A stretch of 61,933 nucleotides of DNA, filler included. It is 7 parts of 7 records of this genome, joined end to end, with 100 filler letters (N's around TTAATTAATTAA, not from the genome) between each part and the next. Parts side by side here need not be neighbours in the genome. Positions count along the whole stretch, not along the records: positions 31,954 to 43,525 come from SRR31156797_53434; 6 more parts are not named here. The stretch is one strand, 5' to 3'. Every line of letters begins with the position of its first letter. Position 1 is the stretch's first letter. Under the pieces are notes generated by a model that was given only the letters and a program-made list of their open reading frames with translations, was not told the DNA's origin and did not search any database. The position numbers and the translations under genes were made by a program. Shown piece by piece: positions 32,614-42,773 of this stretch.

Positions 32614-33626
32614 AAAAACAAAATATATTAATAGTTGATGATCGTCCGGAAAATTTAATGTCTCTCGAAGCGATGCTGGAAGACTTTGATATAAATATTA
32701 TACGAGCTAACTCAGGAGACGAGGCTCTTGATAAAGTTTTGGATTACGATTTTTCCCTAATTTTATTAGATGTGCAGATGCCTGTGATGGATGGTTTCGA
32801 AGTAGCGGAGTTAATAAGAGGAATGAAAAAGACAAAAGATATTCCGATAATTTTTGTTACTGCAATTAGCAAAGATCAAAAATATGCTTTTAAGGGTTAT
32901 GAAATAGGAGCTGTGGATTATATACACAAGCCAATAGATGCAGTTGTTTTGGAAAGTAAAATCAGAGTATTTTTGAAACTTCATGAGCAAAAAATGTTAC
33001 TTGATATCAAGGCGAAGGAACTGGAAGAGAGAGTAAGAGAACTTGAAGAAGTAAAATCAGAGTTAGAAGAATCAAATAGGTTGTTAAGCCATCTTTCTTC
33101 TCATGATGGTTTAACGGGTATCTTAAATAGAAGAAGTTTTGATGAAGTACTGGATAGAGTCTGGCGAAGGTGCGCTCGTGATAATAGTGAAGTCGCACTT
33201 ATCTTAATAGATGTAGATTATTTCAAAAAGTATAATGATATTTACGGGCATTTAAAAGGAGATTCCTGCTTGAAACTATTAGCAAGTACAATAGGCAAAA
33301 TGTTAAACAGACCTGGAGATTTTGTTGCTAGATACGGAGGAGAAGAGTTTGTTGTAATTCTAACTGATACAAATGTAGATGGTGCTCTTGAGATTGGGAA
33401 AAAAATTAAAAATCAAATACAAAATTTAGGAATTGAACATAAAGGCTCTGACATTAGTGATATCGTTACTATTTCTCTTGGAGTCTCACATGTATTCCCG
33501 GATAAAACTAAAGAGATTGAAAATTTTATAAATTCAGCTGATGAAGCTTTGTATCAGGCTAAAAATACGGGAAGAAACAGAGTTTGTATTTTAAACAAAA
33601 ATAAATTATTAGAGTGTAGCTCATAA
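32601..33626 (+). CDS. Response regulator diguanylate cyclase (REC-coiled coil-GGDEF)
   Basis: ILIVDD, LLDVQMP, DYIHKP, HDGLTG, RPGD I-site, RYGGEEF. Confidence 0.94.
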   Translation: MANIKKQNILIVDDRPENLMSLEAMLEDFDINIIRANSGDEALDKVLDYDFSLILLDVQMPVMDGFEVAELIRGMKKTKDIPIIFVTAISKDQKYAFKGYEIGAVDYIHKPIDAVVLESKIRVFLKLHEQKMLLDIKAKELEERVRELEEVKSELEESNRLLSHLSSHDGLTGILNRRSFDEVLDRVWRRCARDNSEVALILIDVDYFKKYNDIYGHLKGDSCLKLLASTIGKMLNRPGDFVARYGGEEFVVILTDTNVDGALEIGKKIKNQIQNLGIEHKGSDISDIVTISLGVSHVFPDKTKEIENFINSADEALYQAKNTGRNRVCILNKNKLLECSS

Positions 33627-33631
33627 ATACT

Positions 33632-33660
33632 AAAAACCACGATTAATTTCGTGGTTTTTT
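33632..33660 (+). terminator. Intrinsic terminator (possibly bidirectional)
   Basis: AAAAACCACGA-TTAATT-TCGTGGTTTTTT, immediately after the stop codon. Confidence 0.85.
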
Positions 33661-33699
33661 AGTGTAGATTAGGATGTTATGCAGAGCTCTTATATTAAT

Positions 33700-33727
33700 A
33701 AAAAAAGGGCGGAAATAGATTCCGCCC
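33700..33727 (-). terminator. Intrinsic terminator of the alpha-2-macroglobulin gene
   Basis: GGGCGGAA/TTCCGCCC stem, followed on the minus strand by a T run, 10 nt after the stop codon. Confidence 0.85.
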
Positions 33728-33737
33728 CTACCAAAAT

Positions 33738-36700
33738 CTATTTAATTATTACCTGCTCTCCTCGAACAGCATCTCCAATGTAATCATAATACATATGCTC
33801 AGCAATTGCGCCAGGCATATAGAATACACCTTCTGTTACAGCATTAACTTTTGTAGCGAAGACTTGAACATCCTGATAGTTTCGTGCGTCGAAGAACCAC
33901 ATGATTTTATCATCTCTTATGTCAGTATATCTTGCCTGATTAATATTGTAATATCTGTTTTGCATCCACTCAGGATAGTCAGATTGGCTTAATCTGATAT
34001 TCTCTATTTCCAGTCCGGATGCTAGATTTTGAACCAATGCCATATTTTCATATTTATCATAATAATCTTTACTTACTTCATAGATTATCCAGAAACTATC
34101 TCCACGTTTAATATTTTCCAGATTTCTGATTAATTTACCTTCGTTAGTATAATAGTTCTTTTGAAGATTAATTTTATGATTGAAATTATGTGCCGGTTGG
34201 GATTTGATATCTTGTTTCCCTTCCCATTGGTATGCAATATATAATTTTTGCTCTGATATATTTTCAAACTCGATACTCTTACCTAAGAGGTCACTTAGTT
34301 CAATAACTGCTTCCTCTTTATCAGTAGTGATCTCTGCCCATTCTTCATCCTCTTCAGATTTGAACTTAAGCTTGATACTTCCTTTAGTTTGCTTAACTTC
34401 ACTGTATTTTGAAACAGCCATTAATGCATATGCCAGTGTTTGAGTTGAATACCAATTATCATCTTGAAGAGCTTCAATTACTTCGTGGAAGATCTCTTCT
34501 GACTCTTCATCTTTATCAAGCAGAGTATAAGCTTCTAATATAATAGCAGTATCTCTTAGTCTTGAACCGAAATTTCTGCCCCAATCATTTCTAGAGCTGA
34601 CATTCGTTGATGCACTTGCTAAAATTTCATTTGCAGCATTTGTTTCATCTACTAGTATATAACTCGTTGCCAGTAGATATTTTTCTGTATTTGACATTGA
34701 TTTTAGCTGGCTTTGTTTGTAGTAGTTCATTGCAGAGATATTAGCTCTTTTACTTAATGCAAGGACATATAATCTGTAGAATGAAGTCAGGTTTCTATCT
34801 CTTTTTCTTGCAGCCTGATCATATAGATAGTTTTTAAGATTGTCTATCATGTCTTTAGGTACGAAATATCCAACTTCTCTGGCTTCGATTAAGAAGTGAA
34901 GTGCATAAATACTTCCCCATTCACTTATGTAATTTTCATTTTGCCAATATGACATTCCACCATTTTGCAGTTGGAATTTTTGTAGTCTGGCAATTGCAGC
35001 ATTAACGTTTTCATCTATCTCTTTCCAATCGTCTTGGTTAACTCTCATAACTTTATCCATATAAAGTTGAGGGAATACGCTGGATACAGTTTGTTCGATA
35101 CAACCATATGGGTATCTGATAAGCCATTTAATTCTTTGATCCAAGTTATATCTAGGAACTTTAGATACAGTAACTTTTGCATGAGATGTACCGATTACAT
35201 CTTCAGCATGAATATTAAGTTTTAGTTTCTCTTCTGTATCAAATTCATAATCCTTTGATAAATAAACATATGGTGCGGGACTGTTAACTGCTATGTCTAT
35301 AACCTTTTCGATACTGTGCTCTTTAGTTTCAACTTTAAAAGTAGCTTTTAATTTTCCGGTTTTATTAACTACTTTTATTTTAAACTTGAAATTTTGCTCT
35401 CCTTTTTCTGCATCTTCTATTATGAATTTGCTGTCTCCAAGTATTTTAGCAGGGCCTTCAAGTTCAAGTGATACTTCTGCTTTTCCGTTATCATCCTCCA
35501 TGAAGAATAGATTCAGATCAGAATAGAACAGGTCATTTGGTGCCAGAGTTCTAGGCATTCCAGCATTTAAGATAATAGGAGTTTTAACAGGTACAGTTTT
35601 TTCTTTTGAAATATAAGCACCATCTCTTACAGCAACAGCCATTACTCTCACAGCTCCGGTATAATCTCCCATTGTGAAATTAACTTTTGCATATCCGTTT
35701 TCATCAGTTTCTATAGGACCTTCGTAAAGTGATAATACTTTAAATCTTTTTACTGCTTGATTTCCACTCTCTTGTTTCCCTCTGAACTCATCAAACATAG
35801 CAGATTTAGCCATCATCTCTACTCCACCACCAGGTTTTAAGATCAGATCGGCATTTGTATTATTAAGTCCCAAAATATCATCATACATATCATAGGTAAT
35901 GATCTGATTTTTTTCTTTTCCATAGAAGTAGTTAGTAGGATTAGGTGTTTTATAATTAGTTAAACCAAGTACTCCTTCATCAACAACAGCTATAGTAAAA
36001 TATGCTTTTTTACTGTCTTTAGTTTGGACTTCAACGGTGAAATCTTCGTTTGCCTGTAGTTCATCTGCCACTGTCATATCAAAATCAATTTTACTTGTTT
36101 CATTTACAACTTTTAATGATTTCAAACCTCTTAATCTTACAGGTCTGTCATTATCTATAGTTTTGAGATCCTGAATCATATTAATGTTGACATAAACATT
36201 CGGTATCATCTCTTCAGTAATATCAATTTTTACTTTTGTTTTTTCCGAGTCAAGTTTCTGTTTAAATGAATCTATAATTTTATTATTCTTTTCAATAGTT
36301 ATAAGTGCATAACCTGAATCAGGAGAATCAAATAATATTTCAGCCTGATCACCGGGAGCGTATTCAGCTTTGTCTGAGCTAAGATCAATTATAGAGGCAC
36401 TCTTGCTATCCGTGTTTTTACCCCAGTAAGATGTACTTACAAAGTAACCTGCAGAGTGTCCGTTAGAAGCAGAAACCTCAACATAGTAGTTTCCATAGTC
36501 ATTAAATCTGTATTTTAGTTTTTCACCTGATACTAATTTACCGTCATCAATCAAAATAGTATTATTATCTTTTTTGAAATTTCTTTTGAAATCGTCAATT
36601 GAATGATAATCCCACCACCAGTAGTATTCGTTTTTATAAATAGCAAATCTTAAGTCTTCATTCGGCAATTTTTCTCCGTCTTTAGAAAGCAGGACAGTGG

Positions 36701-39248
36701 CTAATTCAATATCAGATCCTAGTTTCAGATAATCTGTATCAAGTTTTTCAAGACCTACATATTTGTCATTGATATCATAAGTAGATTTTAGTTTTTTAGT
36801 TATTTTTCTACCATCTTTTTGAAATATCTCAACTGTTGAGAAAATATCCATTTTGTATGGAGCTACTCTAAAATCCGGAAGTGAATAATCGATATAAGCT
36901 TTTCCGCTATTATTTAGAGTTTTTTCGTATGTGCTTGATTTAATCTCATCAAAAGAGCTTAAATTATTTTTAAATTCAAAATTTCTATATTTTTTAAAGA
37001 CATAACTCGATGGTTTAATAGAGAAATTTGTTTTAGTCTTTAAACCTGCTGCTGGCTCACCAAAGAGATAATCGGATCTAATAGATAAAGCATAATTTAC
37101 GTTGTTTTCAACTTTTCCATCTAATTCAGCCTTAATTTTTGGCGGTACTACAGTTTCGACTTTGATAAATACATCTTTGATTTTTTCCTCACCAACGAAG
37201 TATGAAGCCTTCCAGTTACCGGTTTGGTCATTTAGTTCTGTTTTTAGTTTAAATGAGTACAGACCGTTTTTGCCTTCTAAATTTAACTTCTCAGTATAAA
37301 GCTTATTCAGCGGAGTATATAATTTAAGATTTAGAGGGATTTCCTCAGGTAATTTTTTAAGATTTTCTCTTAAAATTGCAGTAATATAGATATCATCTCC
37401 AGGTCTGTAAACTCCTCTCTCTGTATATGAGAATACATCTATTCCCTCGGGTTTTACCAGACCTTCATTATCCATCAGAGTATAGTTCTGAAGGTTTTTA
37501 TCATTTGCAAATACATATGATTTCTCACCATTTGCTTCTACTTCAATATATTGGAATTTTTCTTTCCAATTAATTTTGGCTACACCATTTTCATTACTAG
37601 TTCCCTTTTCGATCTTTCCTTTGTTTCCATAAACAGTAACAGATGCATTATTTATAGATTTACCCTCTGAAATTGAATCAGTAAAGACATATAAAGAGTC
37701 TTTTGTTTTTTTAGCTATAACTCCCAAATCACTTATAATAAGTGGTTTAATAATATGTCCGTTTCTATAGATATAATCAGTTAGGTAATAAAAGTTTTTA
37801 TTGTTTACGTCATATTTCTTGTATGGATAATCATTGATTTCACTTGTCAGATCCTCTCTTGAATAAGAGATCTCTATGATATACATACCAGATTTATTAT
37901 ATTCGTTGAGTATCTGACTCAGATCAATATCCGTAGTTGACCATTTATTTTGCTCATGAGAAACACTATATTTTTTACCATAGACTTCAGTTCCAAATTG
38001 AACTATTTGAGTCCCGTATATTCTTTGACTGCTTGTTTTAGTAGACGGGATATTATTTTGTTTAATAAAATCATAAATATTCTGCTCATATATTTTTTTG
38101 ATTCCAATATATACAGATTTTAAATTTCTAGATTTAAATCTAAAAGTATTATTTTTAGCTTTACTTAGATAAATTCCTTTATTTATAAATTCAAGTTGCG
38201 GGCTTAAATCAGGCATTTTTACTTTTTTAGCATAACTAGTTGGAAGCGAGTAATTATCAGTACTTCTTAAACCAGAGAAAAGTTTAACATCATACTCTTT
38301 AGCCGCTGAGAAATTTCCGTGAATGATTATTTTATTTTTATCAGCTTTTACTTCAAAATTATTCATATCTGAGATATGAATAAATGATTTTAAATCTTGT
38401 TCTGCCATTATATTCCTGCTTAAAGTCAGATAAATTTTGAATCTATCATTTTTTTCTTCGGCAATAGCCTCCTGAAGTAAGAAGTTTCTATTAAGAACTA
38501 ATTTATCTGTATAATTTATCGCTTTTTGTAATCCCGAATTTTTAATGTCAATTTTAAGAGCTAAATCATACTCCCCATCTTCCAAACTTACATATTCAGA
38601 TTCAAAATATAATCTGTTATTTTCTACAGAGGATAAAGCGATTCTGATTGGTTTATCAGATAATTTTAGAGTAATATCTTCCAGTATTTTTTCTTTTTTA
38701 AATGTTTTGTTAAAATCAATTGTACCGGTTAATCTGGTATTAATTTTTCCATCTGCCTTATAGTTTAAACTGATATTTTCAACTTTAAGTTTTTCCATTT
38801 TCAGATTAAACTTATAACTCTCCTCTTTGATCTTTTTATCAGTTAGTTTACTTAGATTTTGAGATATAAACTCGGCATTATACTGTTTACTATCCTCAAT
38901 CTTGGATATTTGATAAACGAGTTTGTTATTTTCTGCCCAGAATGTTTTTCCTTCAATTGTATTTGGAGTAAAAACAAATAGATTTTCGTTTATTACATCT
39001 CCTTTTTTCTCTTCTGTGATGACAGCATCAGAAAATGTAATATAAACTAAATTGTTATTATGATCAATTTCTGCATTTAATACATTGATCTCTTCAGCAA
39101 TTTTTCCACTTTCTTTTTCATTTTCCTTTGCACTTTCTTCTGCAGTCTTTCCAGCGGCTTCAACGTTGTTAGCTGAATCATCTGTTTTTTCGTTACTACC
39201 ACATGCGAAAAGTAGAAATGCAGTTAGCAGTAAGATAATTTTTTTCAT
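33738..39248 (-). CDS. Bacterial alpha-2-macroglobulin family lipoprotein (YfhM-like)
   Basis: 1836 aa. Lipobox LFAC, ISDLG, TERGVYRPGD (MG2), AVVDEG, thioester motif RYPYGCIEQT, YSTQ, C-terminal RDD..AEHMY. Confidence 0.93.
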   Translation of the reverse strand: MKKIILLLTAFLLFACGSNEKTDDSANNVEAAGKTAEESAKENEKESGKIAEEINVLNAEIDHNNNLVYITFSDAVITEEKKGDVINENLFVFTPNTIEGKTFWAENNKLVYQISKIEDSKQYNAEFISQNLSKLTDKKIKEESYKFNLKMEKLKVENISLNYKADGKINTRLTGTIDFNKTFKKEKILEDITLKLSDKPIRIALSSVENNRLYFESEYVSLEDGEYDLALKIDIKNSGLQKAINYTDKLVLNRNFLLQEAIAEEKNDRFKIYLTLSRNIMAEQDLKSFIHISDMNNFEVKADKNKIIIHGNFSAAKEYDVKLFSGLRSTDNYSLPTSYAKKVKMPDLSPQLEFINKGIYLSKAKNNTFRFKSRNLKSVYIGIKKIYEQNIYDFIKQNNIPSTKTSSQRIYGTQIVQFGTEVYGKKYSVSHEQNKWSTTDIDLSQILNEYNKSGMYIIEISYSREDLTSEINDYPYKKYDVNNKNFYYLTDYIYRNGHIIKPLIISDLGVIAKKTKDSLYVFTDSISEGKSINNASVTVYGNKGKIEKGTSNENGVAKINWKEKFQYIEVEANGEKSYVFANDKNLQNYTLMDNEGLVKPEGIDVFSYTERGVYRPGDDIYITAILRENLKKLPEEIPLNLKLYTPLNKLYTEKLNLEGKNGLYSFKLKTELNDQTGNWKASYFVGEEKIKDVFIKVETVVPPKIKAELDGKVENNVNYALSIRSDYLFGEPAAGLKTKTNFSIKPSSYVFKKYRNFEFKNNLSSFDEIKSSTYEKTLNNSGKAYIDYSLPDFRVAPYKMDIFSTVEIFQKDGRKITKKLKSTYDINDKYVGLEKLDTDYLKLGSDIELATVLLSKDGEKLPNEDLRFAIYKNEYYWWWDYHSIDDFKRNFKKDNNTILIDDGKLVSGEKLKYRFNDYGNYYVEVSASNGHSAGYFVSTSYWGKNTDSKSASIIDLSSDKAEYAPGDQAEILFDSPDSGYALITIEKNNKIIDSFKQKLDSEKTKVKIDITEEMIPNVYVNINMIQDLKTIDNDRPVRLRGLKSLKVVNETSKIDFDMTVADELQANEDFTVEVQTKDSKKAYFTIAVVDEGVLGLTNYKTPNPTNYFYGKEKNQIITYDMYDDILGLNNTNADLILKPGGGVEMMAKSAMFDEFRGKQESGNQAVKRFKVLSLYEGPIETDENGYAKVNFTMGDYTGAVRVMAVAVRDGAYISKEKTVPVKTPIILNAGMPRTLAPNDLFYSDLNLFFMEDDNGKAEVSLELEGPAKILGDSKFIIEDAEKGEQNFKFKIKVVNKTGKLKATFKVETKEHSIEKVIDIAVNSPAPYVYLSKDYEFDTEEKLKLNIHAEDVIGTSHAKVTVSKVPRYNLDQRIKWLIRYPYGCIEQTVSSVFPQLYMDKVMRVNQDDWKEIDENVNAAIARLQKFQLQNGGMSYWQNENYISEWGSIYALHFLIEAREVGYFVPKDMIDNLKNYLYDQAARKRDRNLTSFYRLYVLALSKRANISAMNYYKQSQLKSMSNTEKYLLATSYILVDETNAANEILASASTNVSSRNDWGRNFGSRLRDTAIILEAYTLLDKDEESEEIFHEVIEALQDDNWYSTQTLAYALMAVSKYSEVKQTKGSIKLKFKSEEDEEWAEITTDKEEAVIELSDLLGKSIEFENISEQKLYIAYQWEGKQDIKSQPAHNFNHKINLQKNYYTNEGKLIRNLENIKRGDSFWIIYEVSKDYYDKYENMALVQNLASGLEIENIRLSQSDYPEWMQNRYYNINQARYTDIRDDKIMWFFDARNYQDVQVFATKVNAVTEGVFYMPGAIAEHMYYDYIGDAVRGEQVIIK

Positions 39249-39445
39249 TAGACCCCTCCTATGAATTTCTTATTTTACTATAAATTTGAAAATTAATTAT
39301 TGGCGACTAAATATATTTTCGCCTTATATATGAATTATCCTTTCAAATTTATAATTTTAGCTAATAAAAATTATAATTCCATTAGAGATTCATATAAAAA
39401 AACACTTGAATTTTTCAAGTAAATTCCAAGATGCTTAAAAAAGCA

Positions 39446-39474
39446 TTGTTCTAAAAAAAAGATTGTGATAGAAT
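39446..39474 (+). promoter_or_regulatory. Putative sigma70 promoter of the HD-GYP gene
   Basis: TTGTTC-17 nt-TAGAAT with extended -10 TG. The AT-rich context raises the chance-match rate. Confidence 0.5.
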
Positions 39475-39513
39475 AAGTTAATCTATACTAAACAAAATAA
39501 GGGATGAAGGCGT

Positions 39514-41664
39514 ATGTATATGGAGAAAAAATTTAGAAATTTACACTTAGTTTTTGCTTATTTATTTATTGTGTCTTTTTGCTTTGCGGAAAATTTACCG
39601 AAAATACTTTATATTAACTCATATAGTTTGAGTTATTCTATATCTAGGAGTCAGTTAGATGGAGTCAGAGAAATATTTACTCCTCAAAAAGCTGAATTAA
39701 CTGTTGAATTTTTAAATTCAAAAAAATATCCAAACGATGATATTCAAGATAAAATTCAAGAAACTTTATTAATAAAATTAAGAGAAGATTTTGAATATGA
39801 TGCAGTACTTATTTCTGATGATAATGCACTTAAATTTGTTGAAAATAATTATGAGGAGTTTTTTACGGAAATTCCGCTTGTTTTTTTTGGAATTAATAGT
39901 GAAGCTTATGCTTCGCAAATGGCAAATAAAACAAATATTGCAGGATTAGTCGAAGAGATATCAGTATACGATAATTTGTATTTAATCAAAAAGTTATATC
40001 CTGACAAAAAATTAGCTGTTATTAGTGACGGGACAGCGGAAGGTAGTACATATTTAAATAGAGTTTTAGCGCAAACAGATGATGAGGATTTAACTGTAAT
40101 TAATTTAGAAAAGATATCTTGGGAAGAGTTTCCTGAGAAAGTTAAAGAACTAAATAACATACCTCTTTTGGTTATAGCACCATTTAGAGATAAAAATTTT
40201 GAAACGAAATTTTTGGATGAGAGTTTTAAAATAATCAAAGATAATCATAATGGAGCAATATTTTGTCTATTAGAAAATATCTTTGATATTGGTGGAGTTT
40301 TAGGCGGAAAAGTTGTTAATCATTATGAATATGCAAAAGAAGCCTCTATGATGATACTGTCGGCATTTGACGGGAGTAAAAATACTAATATAGGTTTAGC
40401 CAGAGGCGCAAATAAGTATATGATAGATTATAATGAATTAAAGAGATTAAAATTTTCGCAAAAAGTATTTCCACCTGAAACAATATTTGTAAATAAACCG
40501 GAAACTATCTGGAGTAAATATAGATTTCATATAAGTTTATTTGTAATAATTGCTTTTATTGCTTATGCTCTTAATATAATATTATTATTCTATATTAAAT
40601 CAAAAAATAGTATTGAAAAAGAGCTTAATGAATCAAAAAGTAAATTAAAGAAAAGTAAAAATGAATTAAGAAGAATAATAGATTTAATTCCCTCACATAT
40701 CTATATTAAAGATAAGGATACCAGATTTATTTTGATAAATAAAACCAGTGCAGATAGCTTTGATATGAGCCCTGCAGAAGTAGAAGGGATGACACATATT
40801 TCTCTTCATGAAAATCCGGAAGAGTTAATAGGTTTCATGGAGGAAGATAAGCGAATTATTAACGGAGAAGTAGAAGAGATTCTTCAATATAATAATATAG
40901 TAACAATCAAAAATCAAAAGAAATATTTTCATACAATTAAAGTTCCATATGTTACTGATGAAGGGGAAAATGCTGTACTGGGAATCTCAACTGAAGTTAC
41001 AGAAAGAACTCTCATGCAAAAGGAACTTGAGAAGAAAAATAGTGAGCTTCTAGATAGAACTAATGAGATTATTGAAACACAAAGAGACGTAATAGAAAAA
41101 TTAGGGAATATCATAGAACACAGATCAAAAGAAACAGCAAATCATGTTAAGAGAGTATCAAAAATGGCGAGATTACTTGCAGAAAAATTAGGTGTTAATC
41201 AAAAGCAAGTTGAGCTCATAGAAATAGCAGTACCTATGCATGATGTAGGTAAGATCGGAATAAAAGAAGAGATACTGCATAAACCGGGGAAATTAACCGA
41301 AATTGAATTTGAAGAGATAAAAAAACATTCAGAAATCGGTTTTCACCTGCTGGAAGGAAGTAATAGAGAGATACTTCAGACAGCGGCAATTATTGCGCAT
41401 GAACACCATGAAAGATGGGACGGCACAGGTTATCCAAATGGAAAACGAGAAAGCGAAATTCACCTGTTTGGTAGAATAACTTCCATTGTAGATGTTTTTG
41501 ATGCTTTGACCAGCAAGAGATCATATAAAGAAGCCTGGCCAATTGACAAAGCGTTTGCCTTTATAGTTTCACAAAAAGAGAAAATGTTTGATCCGCGACT
41601 AGTTGATCTTTTCATAGCGAGTAGAAAAGAGATAGAAGGGATCAAAGAAGAATATAAAGATTAA
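39514..41664 (+). CDS. Membrane sensor-PAS-HD-GYP cyclic-dinucleotide phosphodiesterase
   Basis: Signal/TM segment, ABC-substrate-binding-like extracytoplasmic domain (ILYINSY, PLVFFGIN, LGGKVV), TM, PAS (IYIKD..RFILIN), then HDVGKIG and HHERWDGTGYP. Confidence 0.9.
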   Translation: MYMEKKFRNLHLVFAYLFIVSFCFAENLPKILYINSYSLSYSISRSQLDGVREIFTPQKAELTVEFLNSKKYPNDDIQDKIQETLLIKLREDFEYDAVLISDDNALKFVENNYEEFFTEIPLVFFGINSEAYASQMANKTNIAGLVEEISVYDNLYLIKKLYPDKKLAVISDGTAEGSTYLNRVLAQTDDEDLTVINLEKISWEEFPEKVKELNNIPLLVIAPFRDKNFETKFLDESFKIIKDNHNGAIFCLLENIFDIGGVLGGKVVNHYEYAKEASMMILSAFDGSKNTNIGLARGANKYMIDYNELKRLKFSQKVFPPETIFVNKPETIWSKYRFHISLFVIIAFIAYALNIILLFYIKSKNSIEKELNESKSKLKKSKNELRRIIDLIPSHIYIKDKDTRFILINKTSADSFDMSPAEVEGMTHISLHENPEELIGFMEEDKRIINGEVEEILQYNNIVTIKNQKKYFHTIKVPYVTDEGENAVLGISTEVTERTLMQKELEKKNSELLDRTNEIIETQRDVIEKLGNIIEHRSKETANHVKRVSKMARLLAEKLGVNQKQVELIEIAVPMHDVGKIGIKEEILHKPGKLTEIEFEEIKKHSEIGFHLLEGSNREILQTAAIIAHEHHERWDGTGYPNGKRESEIHLFGRITSIVDVFDALTSKRSYKEAWPIDKAFAFIVSQKEKMFDPRLVDLFIASRKEIEGIKEEYKD

Positions 41665-41673
41665 ATAATTGGG

Positions 41674-41703
41674 AAACAGCAGAGTTAAACTTTGCTGTTT
41701 TTT
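41674..41703 (+). terminator. Intrinsic terminator
   Basis: AAACAGCAGAGT-TAA-ACTTTGCTGTTT followed by a T tract. Confidence 0.8.
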
Positions 41704-41780
41704 ATTTTTTATGAAGCCGAGACTTTTTTTATTTTTTATGTTATAATGTCGCTAAAAAAATAAATTCCGGAGGCTAAGAG

Positions 41781-42590
41781 ATGAAATATAAGATGATAGT
41801 TACAGATATGGATGATACTTTATTAAGAGATGATCATACAGTATCAGAAAGAACGAAAAATGCTATTGAAAAAGCGCAGGAAATGGGAGTTAAGTTTGTA
41901 TTAGCTTCTGGAAGACCGACTTTTGCAATGAGAAAATATGCTGAACAATTCAAACTAGATAAGTATGAGAGTTATATTTTATCATACAACGGTGCAGTTA
42001 TTACTTGTATGAAGAGAAACAAAGAAATATTCAGAGATATGTTATCAAGTGAAGCAGTTCATGACTTAGTTGAGCACAGTAAAGAGCATGATGTGTTTAT
42101 CCACACATATCTTGGTGATGATATTGTAACTGACGAATCAAATGAATATACTGACATTGAGCAGGATATTACAGGAATGGATATCAAAGTAGTTGATTGT
42201 CTAAAAGAAACTGTTCAAGAAGATGTAGTAAAAGTATTAATGCTTCAAGACCCTGAACGTTTAAAAGACGTAGCAGCAAAACTAAGAAAAAAATTCGATA
42301 ATCAATATAGTGTAACTATCTCTAAGCCGTATTTCTTAGAATTTATGCCAAAAGGTGTTCATAAAGGATCAGGAATCGATAAATTATCTAAAGAATTAGG
42401 AATTAAAGCAGAAGAGATTATTGCAATTGGTGATAGTTATAATGATCTTGAGATGATGGAATACGCAGGGCTTGGTGTAGCTGTAGAGAATGCTAAACCA
42501 GAACTTAAAGAAGCTGCTGACGTAATTGTTGCTTCAAATATGGAAGATGGAGTAGCAGAAGTAATCGAAAAATATATCTTAAACATGTAA
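41781..42590 (+). CDS. Cof-type HAD-IIB hydrolase
   Basis: DMDDTLL, LASGR, YNGA, KGVHKG, IGDSYNDLEM. An extended -10 (TG-T-TATAAT) lies at 41739-41747. Confidence 0.93.
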   Translation: MKYKMIVTDMDDTLLRDDHTVSERTKNAIEKAQEMGVKFVLASGRPTFAMRKYAEQFKLDKYESYILSYNGAVITCMKRNKEIFRDMLSSEAVHDLVEHSKEHDVFIHTYLGDDIVTDESNEYTDIEQDITGMDIKVVDCLKETVQEDVVKVLMLQDPERLKDVAAKLRKKFDNQYSVTISKPYFLEFMPKGVHKGSGIDKLSKELGIKAEEIIAIGDSYNDLEMMEYAGLGVAVENAKPELKEAADVIVASNMEDGVAEVIEKYILNM

Positions 42591-42773
42591 TAAATTGATA
42601 TTTTACTTAAAATAAAAAGGAAATAGCTATTTTGGCAGTATTTATTGTTATCAGGCATAATACTGCCTTTTGTTATGTCTTATGAAATTTGAAGTTTTAA
42701 AAAGTCTAACTTCTTTTAAAATCAAAGTATACAATATTATGAAAAAAACTAATGGGATACGGGGGTTTAGGGA

